NCBI GenBank assembly: GCA_964057225.1 | Contig: OZ059899.1 | Span: forward strand, 2,976,001-3,040,000 | Direction: 5' to 3' | Source: Auanema rhodensis | Lineage: Eukaryota; Animalia; Nematoda | Length of the DNA stretch: 64,000 nucleotides | Shown here: positions 24,601-38,550 of the stretch, one piece after another | Layout of the letters: each line of letters opens with the position of its first letter | How positions within the stretch are numbered: the first letter of the stretch is position 1 | Position numbers and translations under genes: made by a program | The notes under the pieces: generated by a model | What the model was told of the DNA's origin: nothing | The model's database searches: none | What the model saw: only the letters and a program-made list of their open reading frames with translations

Positions 24601-27600
24601 TCAACATACACTAATGCATCATTTTTCAAACGATCATAACTTATTTTTGTATTAAGCGTTTCTCAATGTAGTATAGTGCATTCTATGCGGATTTTTAAGC
24701 TGCGTCGATCTGTGTTATCAGATTTGCGCTAGCTTAAAAATGCACCGAGATATCAACTGATATAAGTTCACACTTATATCCTCGATTTTCATCCTGAAGA
24801 ATTGATTTTTTAGTTGAATAACATTGTCCATCGTCTTTGCCTTGAGAAAAGAAATCTAAAAACATCTACTTTTTGCTAAATTATCTTGAAATTTTTCGAA
24901 AAAATTTTTGTCAAAATGTTTTTGGAAGCAATGTTGAGTGTACATGGAAACTCAACATACACTAATGCATCATTTTTCAAACGATCATAACTAATTTTTG
25001 TATTAAGCGTTTCTCAATATAGTATAGTGCATTCGATGCGGATTTTTAAGCTGCGTCGATCTGTGTTATCAGATTTGCTCTAGCTTAAAAATGCACCGAG
25101 ATATCAACTGATATAAGTTCACACTTATATCCTCGATTTTCACCCTGAAGAATTGATTTTTTCGTTGAATAACATTGTCCATCGTCTTTGCCTTGAAAAA
25201 AGGAATCTAAAAACATCTACTTTTTGCTAAATTATTTTGAAATTTTTCGAAAAAATTTTTGTCAAAATGTTTTTGGAAGCAATGTTGAGTGTACATGGAA
25301 ACTCAACATACACTAATGCATCATTTTTCAAACAATCATAACTAATTTTTGTATTGAGCGTTTCTCAATATAGTATAGTGCATTCGATGCGGATTTTTAA
25401 GCTGCGTCGATCTGTGTTATCAGATTTGCGCTAGCTTAAAAATGCACCGAGATATCAACTGATATAAGTTCACACTTATATCCTCGATTTTCACCCTGAA
25501 GAATTGTTTTTTTCGTCGAATAACATTGTCCATCGTCTTTGCCTTGAAAAATGGAATCTAAAAACATCTACTTTTTGCTAAATTTTTTTGAAATTTTTCG
25601 AAAAAATTTTTGTCAAAATGTTTTTGGAAGCAATGTTGAGTGTACATGGAAACTCAACATACACTAATGCATCATTTTTCAAACGATCATAACTAATTTT
25701 TGTATTAAGCGTTTCTCAATATAGTATAGTGCATTCGATGCGGATTTTTAAGCTGCGTCGATCTGTGTTATCAGATTTGCGCTAGCTTAAAAATGCACCG
25801 AGATATCAACTGATATAAGTTCACACTTATATCCTCGATTTTCACCCTGAAGAATTGTTTTTTTCGTCGAATAACATTGTCCATCGTCTTTGCCTTGAAA
25901 AATGGAATCTAAAAACATCTACTTTTTGCTAAATTATTTTGAAATTTTTCGAAAAAATTTTTGTCAAAATGTTTTTGGAAGCAATGTTGAGTGTACATGG
26001 AAACTCAACATACACTAATGCATCATTTTTCAAACGATCATAACTAATTTTTGTATTAAGCGTTTCTCAATGTAGTATAGTGCATTCGATGCGGATTTTT
26101 AAGCTGCGTCGATCTGTGTTATCAGATTTGCGCTAGCTTAAAAATGCACCGAGATATCAACTGATATAAGTTCACACATATATACCCGATTTTCACCCTG
26201 AAGAATTAATTTTTTCGTTGAATAACATTGTCCATCGTTTTTGCCTTGAAAAAAGGAATCTAAAAACATCTACTTTTTGCTAAATTATTTTGAAATGTTT
26301 CGAAAAAATTTTTGTCAAAATGTTTTTGGAAGCAATGTTGAGTGTACATGGAAACTCAACATACACTAATGCATCATTTTTCAAACGATCATAACTAATT
26401 TTTGTATTAAGCGTTTCTCAATGTAGTATAGTGCATTCGATGCGGATTTTTAAGCTGCGTCGATCTGTGTTATCAGATTTGCGCTAGCTTAAAAATGCAC
26501 CGAGATATCAACTGATATAAGTTCACACATATATACCCGATTTTCACCCTGAAGAATTAATTTTTTCGTTGAATAACATTGTCCATCGTTTTTGCCTTGA
26601 AAAAAGGAATCTAAAAACATCTACTTTTTGCTAAATTATTTTGAAATGTTTCGAAAAAATTTTTGTCAAAATGTTTTTGGAAGCAATGTTGAGTGTACAT
26701 GGAAACTCAACATACACTAATGCATCATTTTTCAAACGATCATAACTAATTTTTGTATTAAGCGTTTCTCAATGTAGTATAGTGCATTCGATGCGGATTT
26801 TTAAGCTGCGTCGATCTGTGTTATCAGATTTGCGCTAGCTTAAAAATGCACCGAGATATCAACTGATATAAGTTCACACATATATACCCGATTTTCACCC
26901 TGAAGAATTAATTTTTTCGTTGAATAACATTGTCCATCGTTTTTGCCTTGAAAAAAGGAATCTAAAAACATCTACTTTTTGCTAAATTATTTTGAAATTT
27001 TTCGAAAAAATTTTTGTCAAAATGTTTTTGGAAGCAATGTTGAGTGTACATGGAAACTCAACATACACTAATGCATCATTTTTCAAACGATCATAACTAA
27101 TTTTTGTATTAAGCGTTTCTCAATGTAGTATAGTGCATTCGATGCGGATTTTTAAGCTGCGTCGATCTGTGTTATCAGATTTGCGCTAGCTTAAAAATGC
27201 ACCGAGATATCAACTGATATAAGTTCACACTTATATCCTCGATTTTCACCCTGAAGAAATAATTTTTTCGTTGAATAACATTGTCCATCGTCTTTGCCTT
27301 GAAAAATGGAATCTAAAAACATCTACTTTTTGCTAAATTATTTTGAAATTTTTCGAAAAAATTTTTGTCAAAATGTTTTTGGAAGCAATGTTGAGTGTAC
27401 ATGGAAACTCAACATACACTAATGCATCATTTTTCAAACGATCATAACTAATTTTTGTATTAAGCGTTTCTCAATGTAGTATAGTGCATTCGATGCGGAT
27501 TTTTAAGCTGCGTCGATCTGTGTTATCAGATTTGCGCTAGCTTAAAAATGCACCGAGATATCAACTGATATAAGTTCACACTTATATCCTCGATTTTCAC

Positions 27601-30600
27601 CCTGAAGAAATAATTTTTTCGTTGAATAACATTGTCCATCGTCTTTGCCTTGAAAAAAGGAATCTAAAAACATCTACTTTTTGCTAAATTATTCTGAAAT
27701 TTTTCGAAAAAATTTTTGTCAAAATGTTTTTGGAAGCAATGTTGAGTGTACATGGAAACTCAACATACACTAATGCATCATTTTTCAAACGATCATAACT
27801 AATTTTTGTATTAAGCGTTTCTCAATGTAGTATAGTGCATTCGATGCGGATTTTTAAGCTGCGTCGATCTGTGTTATCAGATTTGCGCTAGCTTAAAAAT
27901 GCACCGAGATATCAACTGATATAAGTTCACACATATATACCCGATTTTCACCCTGAAGAATTAATTTTTTCGTTGAATAACATTGTCCATCGTTTTTGCC
28001 TTGAAAAAAGGAATCTAAAAACATCTACTTTTTGCTAAATTATTTTGAAATGTTTCGAAAAAATTTTTGTCAAAATGTTTTTGGAAGCAATGTTGAGTGT
28101 ACATGGAAACTCAACATACACTAATGCATCATTTTTCAAACGATCATAACTAATTTTTGTATTAAGCGTTTCTCAATGTAGTATAGTGCATTCGATGCGG
28201 ATTTTTAAGCTGCGTCGATCTGTGTTATCAGATTTGCGCTAGCTTAAAAATGCACCGAGATATCAACTGATATAAGTTCACACTTATATCCTCGATTTTC
28301 ACCCTGAAGAAATAATTTTTTCGTTGAATAACATTGTCCATCGTCTTTGCCTTGAAAAAAGGAATCTAAAAACATCTACTTTTTGCTAAATTATTCTGAA
28401 ATTTTTCGAAAAAATTTTTGTCAAAATGTTTTTGGAAGCAATGTTGAGTGTACATGGAAACTCAACATACACTAATGCATCATTTTTCAAATGATCATAA
28501 CTAATTTTTGTATTAAGCGTTTCTCAATGTAGTATAGTGCATTCGATGCGGATTTTTAAGCTGCGTCGATCTGTGTTATCAGATTTGCGCTAGCTTAAAA
28601 ATGCACCGAGATATCAACTGATATAAGTTCACACTTATATCCTCGATTTTCACCCTGAAGAAATAATTTTTTCGTTGAATAACATTGTCCATCGTCTTTG
28701 CCTTGAAAAAAGGAATCTAAAAACATCTACTTTTTGCTAAATTATTCTGAAATTTTTCGAAAAAATTTTTGTCAAAATGTTTTTGGAAGCAATGTTGAGT
28801 GTACATGGAAACTCAACATACACTAATGCATCATTTTTCAAACGATCATAACTAATTTTTGTATTAAGCGTTTCTCAATGTAGTATAGTGCATTCGATGC
28901 GGATTTTTAAGCTGCGTCGATCTGTGTTATCAGATTTGCGCTAGCTTAAAAATGCACCGAGATATCAACTGATATAAGTTCACACATATATACCCGATTT
29001 TCACCCTGAAGAATTAATTTTTTCGTTGAATAACATTGTCCATCGTTTTTGCCTTGAAAAAAGGAATCTAAAAACATCTACTTTTTGCTAAATTATTTTG
29101 AAATGTTTCGAAAAAATTTTTGTCAAAATGTTTTTGGAAGCAATGTTGAGTGTACATGGAAACTCAACATACACTAATGCATCATTTTTCAAACGATCAT
29201 AACTAATTTTTGTATTAAGCGTTTCTCAATGTAGTATAGTGCATTCGATGCGGATTTTTAAGCTGCGTCGATCTGTGTTATCAGATTTGCGCTAGCTTAA
29301 AAATGCACCGAGATATCAACTGATATAAGTTCACACATATATACCCGATTTTCACCCTGAAGAATTAATTTTTTCGTTGAATAACATTGTCCATCGTTTT
29401 TGCCTTGAAAAAAGGAATCTAAAAACATCTACTTTTTGCTAAATTATTTTGAAATGTTTCGAAAAAATTTTTGTCAAAATGTTTTTGGAAGCAATGTTGA
29501 GTGTACATGGAAACTCAACATACACTAATGCATCATTTTTCAAACGATCATAACTAATTTTTGTATTAAGCGTTTCTCAATGTAGTATAGTGCATTCGAT
29601 GCGGATTTTTAAGCTGCGTCGATCTGTGTTATCAGATTTGCGCTAGCTTAAAAATGCACCGAGATATCAACTGATATAAGTTCACACTTATATCCTCGAT
29701 TTTCACCCTGAAGAAATAATTTTTTCGTTGAATAACATTGTCCATCGTCTTTGCCTTGAAAAAAGGAATCTAAAAACATCTACTTTTTGCTAAATTATTT
29801 TGAAATTTTTCGAAAAAATTTTTGTCAAAATGTTTTTGGAAGCAATGTTGAGTGTACATGGAAACTCAACATACACTAATGCATCATTTTTCAAACGATC
29901 ATAACTAATTTTTGTATTAAGCGTTTCTCAATGTAGTATAGTGCATTCGATGCGGATTTTTAAGCTGCGTCGATCTGTGTTATCAGATTTGCGCTAGCTT
30001 AAAAATGCACCGAGATATCAACTGATATAAGTTCACACATATATACCCGATTTTCACCCTGAAGAATTAATTTTTTCGTTGAATAACATTGTCCATCGTT
30101 TTTGCCTTGAAAAAAGGAATCTAAAAACATCTACTTTTTGCTAAATTATTTTGAAATGTTTCGAAAAAATTTTTGTCAAAATGTTTTTGGAAGCAATGTT
30201 GAGTGTACATGGAAACTCAACATACACTAATGCATCATTTTTCAAACGATCATAACTAATTTTTGTATTAAGCGTTTCTCAATGTAGTATAGTGCATTCG
30301 ATGCGGATTTTTAAGCTGCGTCGATCTGTGTTATCAGATTTGCGCTAGCTTAAAAATGCACCGAGATATCAACTGATATAAGTTCACACTTATATCCTCG
30401 ATTTTCACCCTGAAGAAATAATTTTTTCGTTGAATAACATTGTCCATCGTCTTTGCCTTGAAAAAAGGAATCTAAAAACATCTACTTTTTGCTAAATTAT
30501 TTTGAAATTTTTCGAAAAAATTTTTGTCAAAATGTTTTTGGAAGCAATGTTGAGTGTACATGGAAACTCAACATACACTAATGCATCATTTTTCAAACGA

Positions 30601-33600
30601 TCATAACTAATTTTTGTATTAAGCGTTTCTCAATGTAGTATAGTGCATTCGATGCGGATTTTTAAGCTGCGTCGATCTGTGTTATCAGATTTGCGCTAGC
30701 TTAAAAATGCACCGAGATATCAACTGATATAAGTTCACACTTATATCCTCGATTTTCACCCTGAAGAAATAATTTTTTCGTTGAATAACATTGTCCATCG
30801 TCTTTGCCTTGAAAAATGGAATCTAAAAACAGCTACTTTTTGCTAAATTATTCTGAAATTTTTCAAAAAAATTTTTGTCAAAATGTTTTTGGAAACAATG
30901 TTGAGTGTACATGGAAACTCAACATACACTAATGCATCATTTTTCAAACAATCATAACTAATTTTTGTATTAAGCGTTTCTCAATGTAGTATAGTGCATT
31001 CGATGCGGATTTTCAAGCTGCGTCGATCTGTGTTATCAGATTTGCGCTAGCTTAAAAATGCACCGAGATATCAACTGATATAAGTTCACACATATATACC
31101 CGATTTTCACCCTGAAGAATTAATTTTTTCGTTGAATAACATTGTCCATCGTTTTTGCCTTGAAAAAAGGAATCTAAAAACATCTACTTTTTGCTAAATT
31201 ATTTTGAAATGTTTCGAAAAAATTTTTGTCAAAATGTTTTTGGAAGCAATGTTGAGTGTACATGGAAACTCAACATACACTAATGCATCATTTTTCAAAC
31301 GATCATAACTAATTTTTGTATTAAGCGTTTCTCAATGTAGTATAGTGCATTCGATGCGGATTTTTAAGCTGCGTCGATCTGTGTTATCAGATTTGCGCTA
31401 GCTTAAAAATGCACCGAGATATCAACTGATATAAGTTCACACTTATATCCTCGATTTTCACCCTGAAGAAATAATTTTTTCGTTGAATAACATTGTCCAT
31501 CGTCTTTGCCTTGAAAAAAGGAATCTAAAAACATCTACTTTTTGCTAAATTATTTTGAAATTTTTCGAAAAAATTTTTGTCAAAATGTTTTTGGAAGCAA
31601 TGTTGAGTGTACATGGAAACTCAACATACACTAATGCATCATTTTTCAAACGATCATAACTAATTTTTGTATTAAGCGTTTCTCAATGTAGTATAGTGCA
31701 TTCGATGCGGATTTTTAAGCTGCGTCGATCTGTGTTATCAGATTTGCGCTAGCTTAAAAATGCACCGAGATATCAACTGATATAAGTTCACACTTATATC
31801 CTCGATTTTCACCCTGAAGAAATAATTTTTTCGTTGAATAACATTGTCCATCGTCTTTGCCTTGAAAAAAGGAATCTAAAAACATCTACTTTTTGCTAAA
31901 TTATTCTGAAATTTTTCGAAAAAATTTTTGTCAAAATGTTTTTGGAAGCAATGTTGAGTGTACATGGAAACTCAACATACACTAATGCATCATTTTTCAA
32001 ACGATCATAACTAATTTTTGTATTAAGCGTTTCTCAATGTAGTATAGTGCATTCGATGCGGATTTTTAAGCTGCGTCGATCTGTGTTATCAGATTTGCGC
32101 TAGCTTAAAAATGCACCGAGATATCAACTGATATAAGTTCACACTTATATCCTCGATTTTCACCCTGAAGAATTAATTTTTTCGTTGAATAACATTGTCC
32201 ATCGTCTTTGCCTCGAAAAATGGAATCTTAAAACATCTACTTTTTGCTAAATTATTTTGAAATTTTTCGAAAAAATTTTTGTCAAAATGTTTTTGGAAGC
32301 AATGTTGAGTGTACATGGAAACTCAACACACACTAATGCATCATTTTTCAAACGATCATAACTAATTTTTGTATTAAGCGTTTCTCAATGTAGTATAGTG
32401 CATTCGATGCGGATTTTTAAGCTGCGTCGATCTGTGTTATCAGATTTGCGCTAGCTTAAAAATGCACCGAGATATCAACTGATATAAGTTCACACTTATA
32501 TCCTCGATTTTCACCCTGAAGAATTAATTTTTTCGTTGAATAACATTGTCCATCGTCTTTGCCTCGAAAAATGGAATCTTAAAACATCTACTTTTTGCTA
32601 AATTATTTTGAAATTTTTCGAAAAAATTTTTGTCAAAATGTTTTTGGAAGCAATGTTGAGTGTACATGGAAACTCAACATACACTAATGCATCATTTTTC
32701 AAACGATCATAACTAATTTTTGTATTAAGCGTTTCTCAATGTAGTATAGTGCATTCGATGCGGATTTTTAAGCTGCGTCGATCTGTGTTATCAGATTTGC
32801 GCTAGCTTAAAAATGCACCGAGATATCAACTGATATAAGTTCACACATATATACCCGATTTTCACCCTGAAGAATTAATTTTTTCGTTGAATAACATTGT
32901 CCATCGTTTTTGCCTTGAAAAAAGGAATCTAAAAACATCTACTTTTTGCTAAATTATTTTGAAATGTTTCGAAAAAATTTTTGTCAAAATGTTTTTGGAA
33001 GCAATGTTGAGTGTACATGGAAACTCAACATACACTAATGCATCATTTTTCAAACGATCATAACTAATTTTTGTATTAAGCGTTTCTCAATGTAGTATAG
33101 TGCATTCGATGCGGATTTTTAAGCTGCGTCGATCTGTGTTATCAGATTTGCGCTAGCTTAAAAATGCACCGAGATATCAACTGATATAAGTTCACACTTA
33201 TATCCTCGATTTTCACCCTGAAGAAATAATTTTTTCGTTGAATAACATTGTCCATCGTCTTTGCCTTGAAAAAAGGAATCTAAAAACATCTACTTTTTGC
33301 TAAATTATTTTGAAATTTTTCGAAAAAATTTTTGTCAAAATGTTTTTGGAAGCAATGTTGAGTGTACATGGAAACTCAACATACACTAATGCATCATTTT
33401 TCAAACGATCATAACTAATTTTTGTATCAAGTGTTTCTCAATGTAGTATAGTGCATTCGATGCGGATTTTTAAGCTGCGTCGATCTCTGTTATCAGATTT
33501 GCGCTAGCTTAAAAATGCACCGAGATATCAACTGATATAAGTTCACACTTATATCCTCGATTTTCACCCTGAAGAATTAATTTTTTCGTTGAATAACATT

Positions 33601-35879
33601 GTCTATCGTCTTTGCCTTGAGAAATGGAATCTAAAAACATCTATTTTTTGCTAAATTATTTTGAAATTTTTCGAAAAAATTTTTGTCAAAATGTTTTTGG
33701 AAGCAATGTTGAGTGTACATGGAAACTCAACATACACTAATGCATCATTTTTCAAACGATCATAACTAATTTTTGTATTAAGCGTTTCTCAATGTAGTAT
33801 AGTGCATTCGATGCGGATTTTTAAGCTGCGTCGATCTGTGTTATCAGATTTGCGCTAGCTTAAAAATGCACCGAGATATCAACTGATATAAGATCACACT
33901 TATATCCTCGATTTTCACCCTGAAGAAATAATTTTTTCGTTGAATAACATTGTCCATCGTCTTTGCCTTGAAAAATGGAATCTAAAAACATCTACTTTTT
34001 GCTAAATTATTTTGAAATTTTTCGAAAAAATTTTTGTCAAAATGTTTTTGGAAGCAATGTTGAGTGTACATGGAAACTCAACATACACTAATGCATCATT
34101 TTTCAAACGATCATAACTAATTTTTGTATTAAGCGTTTCTCAATGTAGTATAGTGCATTCGATGCGGATTTTTAAGCTGCGTCGATCTGTGTTATCAGAT
34201 TTGCGCTAGCTTAAAAATGCACCGAGATATCAACTGATATAAGTTCACACTTATATCCTCGATTTTCACCCTGAAGAAATAATTTTTTCGTTGAATAACA
34301 TTGTCCATCGTCTTTGCCTTGAAAAATGGAATCTAAAAACATCTACTTTTTGCTAAATTATTTTGAAATTTTTCGAAAAAATTTTTGTCAAAATGTTTTT
34401 GGAAGCAATGTTGAGTGTACATGGAAACTCAACATACACTAATGCATCATTTTTCAAACGATCATAACTAATTTTTGTATTAAGCGTTTCTCAATGTAGT
34501 ATAGTGCATTCGATGCGGATTTTTAAGCTGCGTCGATCTGTGTTATCAGATTTGCGCTAGCTTAAAAATGCACCGAGATATCAACTGATATAAGTTCACA
34601 CTTATATCCTCGATTTTCACCCTGAAGAAATAATTTTTTCGTTGAATAACTTTGTCCATCGTCTTTGCCTTGAAAAAAGGAATCTAAAAACATCTACTTT
34701 TTGCTAAATTATTTTGAAATTTTTCGAAAAAATTTTTGTCAAAATGTTTTTGGAAGCAATGTTGAGTGTACATGGAAACTCAACATACACTAATGCATCA
34801 TTTTTCAAACGATCATAACTAATTTTTGTATCAAGTGTTTCTCAATGTAGTATAGTGCATTCGATGCGGATTTTTAAGCTGCGTCGATCTGTGTTATCAG
34901 ATTTGCGCTAGCTTAAAAATGCACCGAGATATCAACTGATATAAGTTCACACTTATATCCTCGATTTTCACCCTGAAGAATTAATTTTTTCGTTGAATAA
35001 CATTGTCTATCGTCTTTGCCTTGAGAAATGGAATCTAAAAACATCTACTTTTTGCTAAATTATTTTGAAATTTTTCGAAAAAATTTTTGTCAAAATGTTT
35101 TTGGAAGCAATGTTGAGTGTACATGGAAACTCAACATACACTAATGCATCATTTTTCAAACGATCATAACTAATTTTTGTATTAAGCGTTTCTCAATGTA
35201 GTATAGTGCATTCGATGCGGATTTTTAAGCTGCGTCGATCTGTGTTATCAGATTTGCGCTAGCTTAAAAATGCACCGAGATATCAACTGATATAAGTTCA
35301 CACTTATATCCTCGATTTTCACCCTGAAGAAATAATTTTTTCGTTGAATAACATTGTCCATCGTCTTTGCCTTGAAAAATGGAATCTAAAAACATCTACT
35401 TTTTGCTAAATTATTTTGAAATTTTTCGAAAAAATTTTTGTCAAAATGTTTTTGGAAGCAATGTTGAGTGTACATGGAAACTCAACATACACTAATGCAT
35501 CATTTTTCAAACAATCATAACTAATTTTTGTATTAAGCGTTTCTCAATGTAGTATAGTGCATTCGATGCGGATTTTTAAGCTGCGTCGATCTGTGTTATC
35601 AGATTTGCGCTAGCTTAAAAATGCACCGAGATATCAACTGATATAAGTTCACACTTATATCCTCGATTTTCACCCTGAAGAAATAATTTTTTCGTTGAAT
35701 AACTTTGTCCATCGTCTTTGCCTTGAAAAAAGGAATCTAAAAACATCTACTTTTTGCTAAATTATTTTGAAATTTTTCGAAAAAATTTTTGTCAAAATGT
35801 TTTTGGAAGCAATGTTGAGTGTACATGGAAACTCAACATACACTAATGCATCATTTTTCAAACGATCATAACTAATTTT

Positions 35880-38550
35880 TGTATCAAGTGTTTCTCAATG
35901 TAGTATAGTGCATTCGATGCGGATTTTTAAGCTGCGTCGATCTGTGTTATCAGATTTGCGCTAGCTTAAAAATGCACCGAGATATCAACTGATATAAGTT
36001 CACACTTATATCCTCGATTTTCACCCTGAAGAATTAATTTTTTCGTTGAATAACATTGTCTATCGTCTTTGCCTTGAGAAATGGAATCTAAAAACATCTA
36101 CTTTTTGCTAAATTATTTTGAAATTTTTCGAAAAAATTTTTGTCAAAATGTTTTTGGAAGCAATGTTGAGTGTACATGGAAACTCAACATACACTAATGC
36201 ATCATTTTTCAAACGATCATAACTAATTTTTGTATTAAGCGTTTCTCAATGTAGTATAGTGCATTCGATGCGGATTTTTAAGCTGCGTCGATCTGTGTTA
36301 TCAGATTTGCGCTAGCTTAAAAATGCACCGAGATATCAACTGATATAAGTTCACACTTATATCCTCGATTTTCACCCTGAAGAATTAATTTTCTTGTTGA
36401 ATAACATTGTCTATCGTCTTTGCCTCGAAAAATGGAATCTAAAAACAGCTACTTTTTGCTAAATTATTCTGAAATTTTTCAAAAAAATTTTTGTCAAAAT
36501 GTTTTTGGAAACAATGTTGAGTGTACATGGAAACTCAACATACACTAATGCATCATTTTTCAAACGATCATAACTAATTTTTGTATTAAGCGTTTCTCAA
36601 TGTAGTATAGTGCATTCGATGCGGATTTTTAAGCTGCGTCGATCTGTGTTATCAGATTTGCGCTAGCTTAAAAATGCACCGAGATATCAACTGATATAAG
36701 TTCACACTTATATCCTCGATTTTCACCCTGAAGAAATAATTTTTTCGTTGAATAACATTGTCCATCGTCTTTGCCTTGAAAAATGGAATCTAAAAACAGC
36801 TACTTTTTGCTAAATTATTCTGAAATTTTTCAAAAAAATTTTTGTCAAAATGTTTTTGGAAACAATGTTGAGTGTACATGGAAACTCAACATACACTAAT
36901 GCATCATTTTTCAAACAATCATAACTAATTTTTGTATTAAGCGTTTCTCAATGTAGTATAGTGCATTCGATGCGGATTTTCAAGCTGCGTCGATCTGTGT
37001 TATCAGATTTGCGCTAGCTTAAAAATGCACCGAGATATCAACTGATATAAGTTCACACATATATACCCGATTTTCACCCTGAAGAATTAATTTTTTCGTT
37101 GAATAACATTGTCCATCGTTTTTGCCTTGAAAAAAGGAATCTAAAAACATCTACTTTTTGCTAAATTATTTTGAAATTTTTCGAAAAAATTTTTGTCAAA
37201 ATGTTTTTGGAAGCAATGTTGAGTGTACATGGAAACTCAACATACACTAATGCATCATTTTTCAAACGATCATAACTAATTTTTGTATCAAGTGTTTCTC
37301 AATGTAGTATAGTGCATTCGATGCGGATTTTTAAGCTGCGTCGATCTGTGTTATCAGATTTGCGCTAGCTTAAAAATGCACCGAGATATCAACTGATATA
37401 AGTTCACACTTATATCCTCGATTTTCACCCTGAAGAATTAATTTTTTCGTTGAATAACATTGTCTATCGTCTTTGCCTTGAGAAATGGAATCTAAAAACA
37501 TCTACTTTTTGCTAAATTATTTTGAAATTTTTCGAAAAAATTTTTGTCAAAATGTTTTTGGAAGCAATGTTGAGTGTACATGGAAACTCAACATACACTA
37601 ATGCATCATTTTTCAAACGATCATAACTAATTTTTGTATTAAGCGTTTCTCAATGTAGTATAGTGCATTCGATGCGGATTTTTAAGCTGCGTCGATCTGT
37701 GTTATCAGATTTGCGCTAGCTTAAAAATGCACCGAGATATCAACTGATATAAGTTCACACTTATATCCTCGATTTTCACCCTGAAGAATTAATTTTCTTG
37801 TTGAATAACATTGTCTATCGTCTTTGCCTCGAAAAATGGAATCTAAAAACAGCTACTTTTTGCTAAATTATTCTGAAATTTTTCAAAAAAATTTTTGTCA
37901 AAATGTTTTTGGAAACAATGTTGAGTGTACATGGAAACTCAACATACACTAATGCATCATTTTTCAAACGATCATAACTAATTTTTGTATTAAGCGTTTC
38001 TCAATGTAGTATAGTGCATCCGATGCGGATTTTTAAGCTGCGTCGATCTGTGTTATCAGATTTGCGCTAGCTTAAAAATGCACCGAGATATCAACTGATA
38101 TAAGTTCACACTTATATCCTCGATTTTCACCCTGAAGAAATAATTTTTTCGTTGAATAACATTGTCCATCGTCTTTGCCTTGAAAAATGGAAACTAAAAA
38201 CAGCTACTTTTTGCTAAATTATTCTGAAATTTTTCAAAAAAATTTTTGTCAAAATGTTTTTGGAAACAATGTTGAGTGTACATGGAAACTCAACATACAC
38301 TAATGCATCATTTTTCAAACAATCATAACTAATTTTTGTATTAAGCGTTTCTCAATGTAGTATAGTGCATTCGATGCGGATTTTCAAGCTGCGTCGATCT
38401 GTGTTATCAGATTTGCGCTAGCTTAAAAATGCACCGAGATATCAACTGATATAAGTTCACACATATATACCCGATTTTCACCCTGAAGAATTAATTTTTT
38501 CGTTGAATAACATTGTCCATCGTTTTTGCCTTGAAAAAAGGAATCTAAAA
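35880..38550 (+). repeat. 4-mer higher-order duplication (1404 bp); boundaries approximate
   Basis: AATTTTCTTGTTG variant at 36393 and 37797 (+1404). The AAACAGCTAC, GGAAACAATG and TTTTCAAGCT variants are repeated in register. Confidence 0.82.

Noticed and set aside
8488-24629. Repeated 63-68 aa ORFs (MKNDALVYVEFPCTLN...) on both strands
   Set aside because: Each is part of a satellite monomer in which a SNP (ATTTAG>ATTATG) removes a stop codon. They start at TTG, have no recognisable domain and are closed in most monomers. They are useful only as variant markers.
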